Below, one piece after another: positions 10,581-22,901 of a stretch of 32,000 nucleotides of DNA. The position numbers and the translations under genes are program-made. Where the stretch lies: sequence record OZ372947.1; one strand, written 5' to 3'. Under the pieces are notes generated by a model that saw only the letters and a program-made list of their open reading frames with translations, was not told the origin of the DNA and ran no database searches. Each line of letters begins with the position of its first letter. Within the stretch, counting starts at the first letter, position 1.

Positions 10581-10859
10581 ATGGCACGTTCTAGTCGTAA
10601 AGGTCCTTATGTCTCCGCGTCTCTACTAAAAAAGTTAGAAAAACTAATTGCTGCTGATGAGAAAAAAGTTATTTTAACTTGGTCTCGTTCCAGTACTATA
10701 GTGCCTAATATGATAGGTCATACCTTAGGAGTTCATAACGGACGTCAACATGTTCCTGTTTTTGTTACAGATCAAATGGTTGGTCATAAATTAGGTGAAT
10801 TTGCACCTACCCGCACCTTCCGTGGTCATGCAACTAATGATAAAAAAGTAAATCGTTAA
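10581..10859 (+). CDS. rps19: 30S ribosomal protein S19
   Basis: 92 aa with [51 protein letters not shown]. Confidence 0.96.
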   Translation: MARSSRKGPYVSASLLKKLEKLIAADEKKVILTWSRSSTIVPNMIGHTLGVHNGRQHVPVFVTDQMVGHKLGEFAPTRTFRGHATNDKKVNR

Positions 10860-10883
10860 AAACAATATTTAAATTTAAATTAT

Positions 10884-11489
10884 ATGGGTCAAAAAGTACA
10901 TCCAAATGGGTTTCGATTAGGTTTTACACAAGATCATTTATCGAACTGGTATGCTTCACCAAAAGATTATGCAAAATACGTAGTCCAAGATAATGAACTC
11001 CGACAAAAACTAAGTTTAGAAGGGGTGAGTAAGATTGAAATCCGCCGTGTTCCCGGTCAAATTCGAGTATGGTTATACACCTCTCAACAAAAACAAGTTT
11101 TACCTATTATTGAAGGTATCCGTAAAGAATTAGAAAGAAAGTATAACTTAAATATTTTCTTTAAGATTATCCAAGTACCAAAACGCCACACTGAAGCTAT
11201 GGTTCTAGCTGAATGGATCACTGAGAAATTAAGTCGCCGTGAACCGTTCAGAAGAGTTTTACGCCAAAGTATTCAAAGAGGTAAAGCTATGGGTGCTTTA
11301 GGTGTAAAAGTTCAAATTTCTGGGCGCTTAAATGGTGCTGAGATTGCACGAACAGAATGGGTACGTAGTGGTCGTATTCCACTTCACACTTTACGGGCTG
11401 ATATAGATTATTCTTATAAAACAGCTCGAACTCTTTATGGAATTTTAGGTGTTAAAGTTTGGCTGTATGGCGGGATGCGTCTTAATTAA
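10884..11489 (+). CDS. rps3: 30S ribosomal protein S3 (compact, 201 aa)
   Basis: MGQKVHPNGFRLG N-terminus and GRLNGAEIARTEW..GRIPLHTLRADIDY C-terminal KH/S3-C motifs. It starts 25 nt after rps19 with no rpl22 between them. Confidence 0.92.
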   Translation: MGQKVHPNGFRLGFTQDHLSNWYASPKDYAKYVVQDNELRQKLSLEGVSKIEIRRVPGQIRVWLYTSQQKQVLPIIEGIRKELERKYNLNIFFKIIQVPKRHTEAMVLAEWITEKLSRREPFRRVLRQSIQRGKAMGALGVKVQISGRLNGAEIARTEWVRSGRIPLHTLRADIDYSYKTARTLYGILGVKVWLYGGMRLN

Positions 11490-11526
11490 ATAATTTCTTA
11501 TTTTTCTTAAATAGGAGAAACATAGT

Positions 11527-14500
11527 ATGTCCCTTGTCACAATTGTCAAGGATACGACAAATTTTGTCCAATTCTTAATTCAAGAGCCATTTCCTTTAGC
11601 CGTAAGTCATTTCTTAGGTTGGTTTCTAGGAAAATGTGTTTCTTTTCTTTCTTTTAAATGGTTAATAAACCTCCCTTTATTTCCAATATTTATTCCAAAA
11701 TTATCTACCCAAGTTATCCAAGAAGGTTTAAACTTAACAAGTACTGATCAATCATTTGAACACTTAGGTTTTTTCCCCGCAGCACAAAGTGGATGGAATA
11801 GATTAATTCCAGGCTTATTAAATAGCTTCTTTCTAGTTCTTCCTTTTTCTCCTGCACGGATTCTTTGGATCAGACGTTTAATCATACAAGGAATACCTGC
11901 AGGGGTTTCGTCTGGTTTAGGTTTAATCGTAGGTCAATTCCTTTTCTTAGGTATTGTTATGTTTGGCTTCCGACCTGTTCTATCTTTATGGTCTGCTCTG
12001 GAGCCTTTCTCTTTCTTAATAGGTTTAACTTGGTTCTTAGTTATTTTCGATCAATTATGTTCGAAAAAGACTGTTCCCGTAGATTGGGATGATAAAAAAC
12101 TTTGTATTCAACTTTTCTTACAAAGTCTATTTTTAGGCTGTGTTGAACAAACAACCTTAGGCCAGTATTTATCTGGTTTAACAACTACTAGTGAATCATT
12201 TTTTAATGAAGGCTTTGATTCTACAAGCCAATTACAATTTTATTTAGGTCAAATGACCTATTTAATAGGAATTGGGTTAGGCCTATGTGCTTTTGGTACT
12301 CTTTTAGGTTGGGGGTTATGGAAAGGTTCACAAATTTGGTATCAGACTTCTAGTTTGCCTTACCAAATGTGGAAAATGCAACAAGTTCACCCAATTCTTA
12401 TACTAATTTATGGTTCCGCTATCTTATCATCAATTCCGTACTATAGTTGGGATTATTTATTTGCAAAACCTTTAGGTTTTGTTCCCGACGATAAAGGTTT
12501 AGATAAGGTATCTTCTAATTGGGTAGGGATAACATCAGACCCTCAGCTTCCACGATGGCGTGATTATTATATGCGTGTTAGTGGAGGTGAAGCTGGTATT
12601 TTAGGTGACGGTTGGGTTTGGTCACGTTATGATAAAACAGATTATCCAGCTTCACGTAAACGACGTGCTTTAGAAGCAATGTTAATTAGCCATGAGTGGT
12701 TTCCACATTGGGCTAAAGACCGTGGTTTATTAAATATGGAATATTATCCAGCTCAACAAAATATCTTAAAACGATTTTCACGAAAAATTGGTAGTTTAAC
12801 CCTACCAGGAGGTGATAGATTAAGAGACCTAATTTGGCCAAAAGATCGACGTGAGCGAACTATTGCCCGAGATTCAGTTCGAGGTGTTAAAAATTGGTCG
12901 CCTGGTCGTTTAAGTAAGCTCCAAACGTTTTGGGGTAATTTAAAGAAAAGTAAAGGAGTTACTCGGTCTGAGTTACTTCAAGCTTCGAGATATTTAACGT
13001 TCGGTCGTTTACGATCATTACCTGTATCAAAAGAAGAATCTTTAAATCCGTTTGTAGATATTAATTCAAAACGTAGTTTAGGTCATGATTCCATATCTCC
13101 TATGGTTTCAACATGGGTTGAAAAAACTCGTGTAAATCAGGGGATAAATACTTTAGATAATAAATTTTCTGTGTTTACTGAAGATGGTGGTTTTCCTATT
13201 TCTGTTAAGAAACAGAAGAATTCAGTATTTGATTTATGGTTAGCTACCCGATCCCAAGTTATTCCAGAATTTGAAACTAGATCAAAAGAATTCCAAAAAT
13301 TCCATAAATATTGGGTTGTCCGTAATTTAATTAAACCTCGTGTTGTTCAATGGCGCCTAAAACCGTCAGAAGAGAATTATTTATGGATGGCAGAACAGGA
13401 TCTCCAAGATAAAAGCAAAGGTTCCGATTTTTCTTTCTTATTTGAAGAGGCTGAAAAATTAAAGAACAATGAATCGAATTTATTACGTCTTCAGCATTAT
13501 CTTGAAGTAGGGAAAAAACTTTCTGAACAAGTACCTATCTCACGTACTAACAATAGTAAAAGTTTAGAACCTTCTGTTTATAGCCAAGTATTTAAACCTC
13601 TAAAATTACAAAGCCCCCCAATTAACCCAATAAGTGCAAAACGAAACCGTGTTAAATATCGTCGTAGTTTTATCAAACATCGCCGATACGACCCACGTGT
13701 TCGAAACCGCCGTATAGGGGGTTCAAACTTTAGTGTTGATGTACTACGACGTCGTAGTATTATTTTTGGTTTACGTAATCCACATTTCCTACAAACACGA
13801 GATAGTCAACGTAAGGGGGATAGACGTTTATGGCGTCGACGTACACCGCTTCGACCTTCTCCTGTAGGTCCTTCACGCTGGTCTTCTTTTAATTATTACC
13901 GTCAACAGGTTTATCACCAAGCACTTTCACATGTAGTTGACAATGTAATGAAAGGTCAGCCTAAAGATTATTATTTAACTACAGCAGAAGAAAAAGCATT
14001 GGCACGACGTAAGGTTCAATTAGCTCGTTACTATGATAGTTTACGTAGCTATCAAAAATCTCCACGTTTCCAACGTTTTGTTCCTGGGGGTTCACGTACC
14101 TTTACTGATGGGGTATATAACCACCAATTTAAGGGTACATTAAGCTATGCACGTCGCTTATTCTATGTAACACCTTTAGATGCTCAAAATATGGAAGGTG
14201 GTCGGGTTTATAAAATGAGTCAACTACTCTATGATAAGCAACCAGGTAACCCAATGCTTCATGAAGAATTAACTTCACCAACTAATGAGAAACAACCTTT
14301 CTTAGAATTAATGCCAAGCCCTTCTCCGTTATATACAGGGTGGGATACAAACAATCATAAAATGATTTTAACTTCAAGAACGTTACCTCGCGTAGGAGCA
14401 GGTTATCGTGTACCTTCAATGGAAGGTTCATTTACTGCCTGGCCATACACTACTGAGAAAATCCGTGAAGTTAGTCGCCCTCGTGTATTTAATCGTGAAA

Positions 14501-14775
14501 AGAAAAATATGGTGGTTCGTAGCCGTATGGCTTTTAAATGGGATTGGAAAAACTTGCAACTTGGTTTTAGTTGGCGTACTACACCTCGAAGTTCACGATG
14601 GTACGATGCTTCAACGGAAGAGGCTATTAATACGAAAGCTCCTCTAGGTTATTGGGCACGCTCTCAAACTCGCCAAGTTTTCCGAAAACAGTCTCTGCGT
14701 CGCCGACGCTGGAATCGTTGGTATTTACGTATACCAGCATTACCTCGTTTAGGTGGTTTTTCTTGGGACGCCTAA
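11527..14775 (+). CDS. ycf1: ycf1-like (Tic214-like) large membrane protein, 1082 aa
   Basis: The N-terminal ~320 aa hold multiple hydrophobic helices. The segment LLNSFFLVLPFSPARILWIRRLIIQGIPAGVSSGLGLIVGQFLFLGIVMFGFRP parallels the conserved Ycf1 N-terminal block (land-plant FSIGPSYLFLLR...GFITGQLMMF). The rest is hydrophilic and very Arg/Lys-rich. An AGGAG sits 9 nt upstream of the ATG (11513-11517). Confidence 0.7.
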   Translation: MSLVTIVKDTTNFVQFLIQEPFPLAVSHFLGWFLGKCVSFLSFKWLINLPLFPIFIPKLSTQVIQEGLNLTSTDQSFEHLGFFPAAQSGWNRLIPGLLNSFFLVLPFSPARILWIRRLIIQGIPAGVSSGLGLIVGQFLFLGIVMFGFRPVLSLWSALEPFSFLIGLTWFLVIFDQLCSKKTVPVDWDDKKLCIQLFLQSLFLGCVEQTTLGQYLSGLTTTSESFFNEGFDSTSQLQFYLGQMTYLIGIGLGLCAFGTLLGWGLWKGSQIWYQTSSLPYQMWKMQQVHPILILIYGSAILSSIPYYSWDYLFAKPLGFVPDDKGLDKVSSNWVGITSDPQLPRWRDYYMRVSGGEAGILGDGWVWSRYDKTDYPASRKRRALEAMLISHEWFPHWAKDRGLLNMEYYPAQQNILKRFSRKIGSLTLPGGDRLRDLIWPKDRRERTIARDSVRGVKNWSPGRLSKLQTFWGNLKKSKGVTRSELLQASRYLTFGRLRSLPVSKEESLNPFVDINSKRSLGHDSISPMVSTWVEKTRVNQGINTLDNKFSVFTEDGGFPISVKKQKNSVFDLWLATRSQVIPEFETRSKEFQKFHKYWVVRNLIKPRVVQWRLKPSEENYLWMAEQDLQDKSKGSDFSFLFEEAEKLKNNESNLLRLQHYLEVGKKLSEQVPISRTNNSKSLEPSVYSQVFKPLKLQSPPINPISAKRNRVKYRRSFIKHRRYDPRVRNRRIGGSNFSVDVLRRRSIIFGLRNPHFLQTRDSQRKGDRRLWRRRTPLRPSPVGPSRWSSFNYYRQQVYHQALSHVVDNVMKGQPKDYYLTTAEEKALARRKVQLARYYDSLRSYQKSPRFQRFVPGGSRTFTDGVYNHQFKGTLSYARRLFYVTPLDAQNMEGGRVYKMSQLLYDKQPGNPMLHEELTSPTNEKQPFLELMPSPSPLYTGWDTNNHKMILTSRTLPRVGAGYRVPSMEGSFTAWPYTTEKIREVSRPRVFNREKKNMVVRSRMAFKWDWKNLQLGFSWRTTPRSSRWYDASTEEAINTKAPLGYWARSQTRQVFRKQSLRRRRWNRWYLRIPALPRLGGFSWDA

Positions 14776-14817
14776 AAAATCCATGATATCCTAAAAATAA
14801 GTTAAGCTTCTCTTTAA

Positions 14818-15066
<249 letters not shown>

Positions 15067-15084
15067 TCTAAGTTTTATACTTTT

Positions 15085-15210
15085 ATGAAGAATTTTGTCA
15101 CTTATCTATCCTCTGCACCTGTAGTGCTACTTTTAACAGTAAGTTTTCTTTCTGGTATACTAATTGAAATTAACCGTTTCTTCCCAGATCCGTTAATTTT
15201 TAATCCATAA
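15085..15210 (+). CDS. psaJ: Photosystem I subunit IX (41 aa; below ORF-track cut-off, found by manual translation)
   Basis: Translation [41 protein letters not shown] matches the PsaJ consensus (MKDFxTYLSTAPV...[10 protein letters not shown]). It starts 18 nt after psaC. Confidence 0.9.
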   Translation: MKNFVTYLSSAPVVLLLTVSFLSGILIEINRFFPDPLIFNP

Positions 15211-15229
15211 AGACTGTTTTTTATTTTTT

Positions 15230-15260
15230 TAATGGGGTATGAATTAATTCACACCCCATT
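15230..15260 (+). terminator. psaJ 3' stem-loop
   Basis: Perfect 9-bp inverted repeat taatggggt / accccatta with a 13-nt loop, 20 nt after the psaJ stop and preceded by a T-run. Confidence 0.45.
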
Positions 15261-15277
15261 AAAATTAATCATCATTA

Positions 15278-15505
15278 ATGCGATTTTTAAATAATTTCCC
15301 CTGGCCTTTTGTTGAATTGCTAAGTGGGTTTGTTTTTGGGAGTTGCTTTATTGTTCTTTTTAAACCTTCCCAACTTTTTTTACTTAGCTTTCTACTATTA
15401 ATTGAAAGTGCTTCCTGGAAATGGATTCAAATCTCTCGTTGGCACCGGTTCCGAGCTGGCTTTTTATTAGGTATTTTTGTCGATGCCTTTAAAGTCGGAA
15501 GTTGA
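15278..15505 (+). CDS. ycf20: ycf20-like (DUF565 family) small membrane protein, 75 aa
   Basis: Two hydrophobic helices and a C-terminal GFLLGIFVDAFKVGS. I recall the ycf20 family ending in ...G.FVDAFKLGS. Recognition is from memory only, and the family is present in many green-algal plastomes. Confidence 0.55.
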   Translation: MRFLNNFPWPFVELLSGFVFGSCFIVLFKPSQLFLLSFLLLIESASWKWIQISRWHRFRAGFLLGIFVDAFKVGS

Positions 15506-15539
15506 TTATCCATTAGATTATTGATAATCTATTAAATAT

Positions 15540-15629
15540 GGAGAGATGACCGAGTGGCCTAAGGTAACGCATTGCTAATGCGTCGTACGGTGTAGAGCTG
15601 TACCGAGGGTTCGAATCCCTCTCTCTCCG
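15540..15629 (+). tRNA. trnS: tRNA-Ser (anticodon GCU), class II with long variable arm
   Basis: Acceptor ggagaga/tctctcc, anticodon arm cgcat-tgctaat-gcgtc... with GCT in the loop, long variable arm, T arm gaggg-ttcgaat-ccctc. 90 nt. Confidence 0.9.
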
Positions 15630-15685
15630 AAGTACATTTTTTATGATTATGGTATAATACTCATATAAAAAGGTTATAAAGATAT

Positions 15686-15767
15686 GCCTCTGTGGTGGAA
15701 TTGGTAGACACGCTACGTTTAGGCCGTAGTCTTTAATCGGGTGAGAGTTCGAGTCTCTCCGGAGGCA
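15686..15767 (+). tRNA. trnL: tRNA-Leu (anticodon UAG), class II
   Basis: Acceptor gcctctg/cggaggc (one G-U), anticodon stem ctacg/cgtag with loop tttaggc (TAG), long variable arm, T arm gagag-ttcgagt-ctctc. 82 nt. Confidence 0.9.
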
Positions 15768-15828
15768 TCAACATGTATGGAATTCACGAATTTCTATTTG
15801 AAATTCAGATTAATCAAATGGGTTTTAG

Positions 15829-16017
15829 ATGGCTGCACTTTTTCAACTGACAGTTTTTGCACTTATTGCTTTATCGTTTGCACTTTTAATTGGTGTTCCT
15901 TTTACTTTTGCATTACCTGAAGGCTGGACTACTAACCGTAACTTCATTCTTACAGGTGCAGGTTTATGGTTCCTTTTAGTTTTTGCTGTAGGTGTTTTAA
16001 ATTCTTTTGTTATCTAA
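15829..16017 (+). CDS. psbZ: Photosystem II protein Z (ycf9)
   Basis: 62 aa, MAALFQLTVFALIALSFALLIGVPFTFALPEGWTTNRNFILTGAGLWFLLVFAVGVLNSFVI, closely parallel to the PsbZ consensus. Confidence 0.92.
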   Translation: MAALFQLTVFALIALSFALLIGVPFTFALPEGWTTNRNFILTGAGLWFLLVFAVGVLNSFVI

Positions 16018-16020
16018 TCT

Positions 16021-16057
16021 AAAAAAGAAGGGTTTTCTCAAGCCCTTCTTTTTTTTT
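16021..16057 (+). terminator. psbZ 3' stem-loop (A-run/GAAGGG ... CCCTTC/T-run)
   Basis: Inverted repeat aaaaaagaaggg(tt) / (aa)gcccttctttttt beginning 4 nt after the psbZ stop. Confidence 0.5.
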
Positions 16058-16107
16058 AATATTAAAAACTTTATTTTTAAATAAATAATTGTATATATAT
16101 ACAATAC

Positions 16108-16181
16108 AGTAGGGTAGAGCAGTCTGGTAGCTCGCAAGGCTCATAATCTTGAGGTCGTTGGTTCAAATCCAACCCCTGCTA
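16108..16181 (+). tRNA. trnfM: tRNA-Met (anticodon CAU), initiator-type body
   Basis: agtaggg-ta-gagc-agtctggta-gctc-g-caagg-ctcataa-tcttg-aggtc-gttgg-ttcaaat-ccaac-ccctgct-a. The D arm gagc/gctc (A11:U24) and the overall sequence closely resemble plastid trnfM. 74 nt. Confidence 0.85.
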
Positions 16182-16257
16182 TTACGAATTACATTTCACT
16201 TTTGATAAAAATTTATCTGTTTTTTTTTATTAGCGTATTAAAAAGAGACCTACGGTA

Positions 16258-16284
16258 TTGACGCTTGATTCCTTGTAGTATACA
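16258..16284 (+). promoter_or_regulatory. Candidate sigma70-type (PEP) promoter of the rRNA operon
   Basis: TTGACG (16258-16263) followed after 15 nt by TATACA (16279-16284), or after 17 nt by TACACT, about 70 nt upstream of the 16S 5' end. This is motif resemblance only. Confidence 0.3.
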
Positions 16285-16351
16285 CTTAGACATGAAAGAT
16301 AAAAATAAATCTTCTAAATACTTCAAAGTATTATTTAATAGTTAAAGATCT

Positions 16352-17882
<1,531 letters not shown>

Positions 17883-17916
17883 AAAAACAACAAAAAAGAA
17901 TAAAAAAACCGGGTAC

Positions 17917-17990
17917 GGGCTATTAGCTCAGTTGGTTAGAGTACGCCCCTGATAAGGGCGGGGTCAGGTGTTCGAGTCTCCTATAGCCCA
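17917..17990 (+). tRNA. trnI: tRNA-Ile (anticodon GAU), no intron
   Basis: gggctat-ta-gctc-agttggtta-gagt-a-cgccc-ctgataa-gggcg-gggtc-aggtg-ttcgagt-ctcct-atagccc-a. Canonical rrn spacer position. One U-U mismatch in the T stem. Confidence 0.9.
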
Positions 17991-17991
17991 T

Positions 17992-18018
17992 GGGGGTATA
18001 ACTCCGGGGGTATAACTC
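17992..18018 (+). repeat. Tandem direct repeat 2 x gggggtataactc (period 14); second copy is the 5' acceptor/D-stem strand of trnA
   Basis: 17992-18004 and 18006-18018 are identical 13-mers separated by a single C. The first copy fills almost the whole 15-nt trnI-trnA spacer. Confidence 0.9.
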
Positions 18019-18078
18019 AGTTGGTAGAGTGTTGCCCTTGCAAGGCAAAAGTCAGCGGTTCGAATCCGCTTACCTCCA
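18006..18078 (+). tRNA. trnA: tRNA-Ala (anticodon UGC), no intron
   Basis: gggggta-ta-actc-agttggta-gagt-g-ttgcc-cttgcaa-ggcaa-aagtc-agcgg-ttcgaat-ccgct-tacctcc-a. The G3:U70 alanine identity pair is present. 73 nt. Confidence 0.92.
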
Positions 18079-18115
18079 AACCCGTAATAAAGTTAAAAAC
18101 TAAAAAATTGACTAT

Positions 18116-20918
<2,803 letters not shown>

Positions 20919-20937
20919 AATTTAAAATTATATAATT

Positions 20938-21057
20938 TGTCTGGTATCTACAGTTCAGCACAAAGCACACTCACTCCATTCCGAATTGAGTCGTTAAAGG
21001 TTGGACAGCGAAAATACTTGTAGGGTAACTTGCTGGGAAGATAGCCGATGCCAGGCA
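20938..21057 (+). rRNA. rrf: 5S ribosomal RNA
   Basis: Terminal helix tgtctggtatc / gatgccaggca. The internal CCATTCCGAA(T/C)T...GTTAAAG...TACTTGTAGGGTAAC...GGGAAGATAG pattern is typical of plastid 5S. 120 nt, 19 nt after 23S. Confidence 0.85.
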
Positions 21058-21076
21058 TATTATAAATTATGTTTAG

Positions 21077-21149
21077 GCCCCCATCGTCTAGAGGCCGAGG
21101 ACATCTCCCTTTCACGGAGGAAACAGGGATTCGAATTCCCTTGGGGGTA
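21077..21149 (+). tRNA. trnE: tRNA-Glu (anticodon UUC)
   Basis: gccccca-tc-gtct-agaggccga-ggac-a-tctcc-ctttcac-ggagg-aaac-aggga-ttcgaat-tccct-tgggggt-a. The GCCCCCATCGTCTAG 5' end is typical of plastid trnE. 73 nt. Confidence 0.9.
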
Positions 21150-21175
21150 TTATATATGTTTTATCGAATCTGTAA

Positions 21176-21249
21176 GCCTGCTTAGCTCAGCTGGTTAGAG
21201 CACCCGTCTCATACGCGGGGTGTCACTAGTTCAAATCTAGTAGCAGGTA
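21176..21249 (+). tRNA. trnM: tRNA-Met (anticodon CAU), elongator type
   Basis: gcctgct-ta-gctc-agctggtta-gagc-a-cccgt-ctcatac-gcggg-gtgtc-actag-ttcaaat-ctagt-agcaggt-a. It resembles plastid elongator trnM rather than trnI(CAU). The Met versus lysidine-Ile assignment cannot be proven from sequence. Confidence 0.8.
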
Positions 21250-21261
21250 TATTTTTTATTA

Positions 21262-21288
21262 AATAATTTTCCTTGTTGGAAAATTATT
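21262..21288 (+). terminator. Stem-loop ending the rrn-trnE-trnM transcription unit
   Basis: Perfect 11-bp inverted repeat aataattttcc / ggaaaattatt with loop ttgtt, 13 nt after trnM, followed by a T-run. Confidence 0.45.
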
Positions 21289-21368
21289 CTTTTTTTAGTT
21301 ACATTTCTGGTATGAGTAAGTTAATTATAAAATAAATTTAAATTCTTAAATTTAAAATAAAAGTAAAT

Positions 21369-22901
21369 ATGAAATTAGCTTATTGGATGTATGCCGGACC
21401 TGCACACATTGGTACGTTACGTGTAGCATCCTCTTTTAAAAATGTGCATGCTATTATGCATGCACCATTAGGTGATGATTATTTTAACGTAATGCGTTCA
21501 ATGCTAGAGCGCGAACGTGATTTTACACCGGTAACTGCAAGTATTGTGGATCGTCATGTTCTAGCACGTGGTTCACAAGAAAAAGTAGTTGAGAATATTG
21601 TCCGTAAAGACAAAGAAGAAAAGCCTGATCTAATTGTTTTAACACCGACATGCACTTCAAGTATACTGCAAGAAGATCTACAAAATTTTGTAGATCGAGC
21701 AACTGCAGAATCAGAGGCTAACGTAATATTGGCTGATGTTAATCATTATCGAGTAAATGAACTCCAAGCAGCTGATCGTACTTTAGAACAAATAGTAAGG
21801 TTTTGTTTAGAAAAAGCTGTGCGTAATAAAACTCTTGATACAGAAAAAACTTCTAAACCTTCTGTGAACTTACTAGGGTTCTTTACTTTAGGGTTTCATC
21901 ATACACATGATTGTCGTGAAATAACTCGTTTACTAAATGATTTAGGTATTGAAGTTAATGCCATTGTACCCGAAGGTGGTAAAATTGAATCACTTTCTAA
22001 ATTGCCCAAAGCATGGTTTAATTTAGTACCTTACCGTGAAGTAGGTTTAATGGCAGCTGAATACTTAAAAGAGATCTATGACATGCCATACATTTCGCGT
22101 ATCCCTATGGGGGTTGTTGAAACAAGTGAAGCAATCCGTGAAATGGAACAAATTATTAATACAGTAGACCCTACACAAAAAGTAGATTTTACTTCATATA
22201 TTACAAACCAAAGCCAATTTGTTTCTCAAGCTTCTTGGTTTTCACGCTCAATCGATTGTCAAAATTTAACAAATAAAAAAGCTGTTGTATTTGGAGATTC
22301 TACTCATGCAGCAGCTATCACAAAAGTTTTAGTTCGTGAAATGGGTATTGGAGTGGCTTGTGCTGGTACTTACTGTACTTATGATGCAGATTGGTTTAGA
22401 GAGCAAGTTCAAGGTTATGTAGATGAAGTTTTTATTACTGATGACCATACTCAAGTTGGGGATATGATTGCCCGTTTAGAGCCATCAGCAATTTTCGGGA
22501 CTCAAATGGAGCGTCATATTGGTAAACGTTTAGACATACCTTGTGGTGTTATCTCAGCTCCTGTACATATCCAAAACTTCCCTCTTGGATATCGTCCTTT
22601 TTTAGGGTATGAGGGATCTAACCAAATAGCAGATTTAGTTTACAATTCTTTTAGTTTAGGTATGGAGGACCATTTACTTGAAATTTTTGGTGGCCATGAC
22701 ACTAAAGAAGTTATTACAAAGGCTCTATCCACTGATGATTCATTTAAATGGACAACAGATGCTCAAAAAGAATTAAATAAAATCCCTGGTTTTGTACGTG
22801 GTAAAATTAAACGAAACACAGAGAAGTTTGCCCGTGAACAGGGAGTAAACACTATATCCATAGAAGTAATGTATGCCGCAAAAGAAGCGGTTGGAGCTTA
22901 A
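21369..22901 (+). CDS. chlB: Light-independent protochlorophyllide reductase subunit B
   Basis: 510 aa, [73 protein letters not shown]..., a highly conserved ChlB N-terminus, with full-length similarity by recognition. Confidence 0.97.
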   Translation: MKLAYWMYAGPAHIGTLRVASSFKNVHAIMHAPLGDDYFNVMRSMLERERDFTPVTASIVDRHVLARGSQEKVVENIVRKDKEEKPDLIVLTPTCTSSILQEDLQNFVDRATAESEANVILADVNHYRVNELQAADRTLEQIVRFCLEKAVRNKTLDTEKTSKPSVNLLGFFTLGFHHTHDCREITRLLNDLGIEVNAIVPEGGKIESLSKLPKAWFNLVPYREVGLMAAEYLKEIYDMPYISRIPMGVVETSEAIREMEQIINTVDPTQKVDFTSYITNQSQFVSQASWFSRSIDCQNLTNKKAVVFGDSTHAAAITKVLVREMGIGVACAGTYCTYDADWFREQVQGYVDEVFITDDHTQVGDMIARLEPSAIFGTQMERHIGKRLDIPCGVISAPVHIQNFPLGYRPFLGYEGSNQIADLVYNSFSLGMEDHLLEIFGGHDTKEVITKALSTDDSFKWTTDAQKELNKIPGFVRGKIKRNTEKFAREQGVNTISIEVMYAAKEAVGA

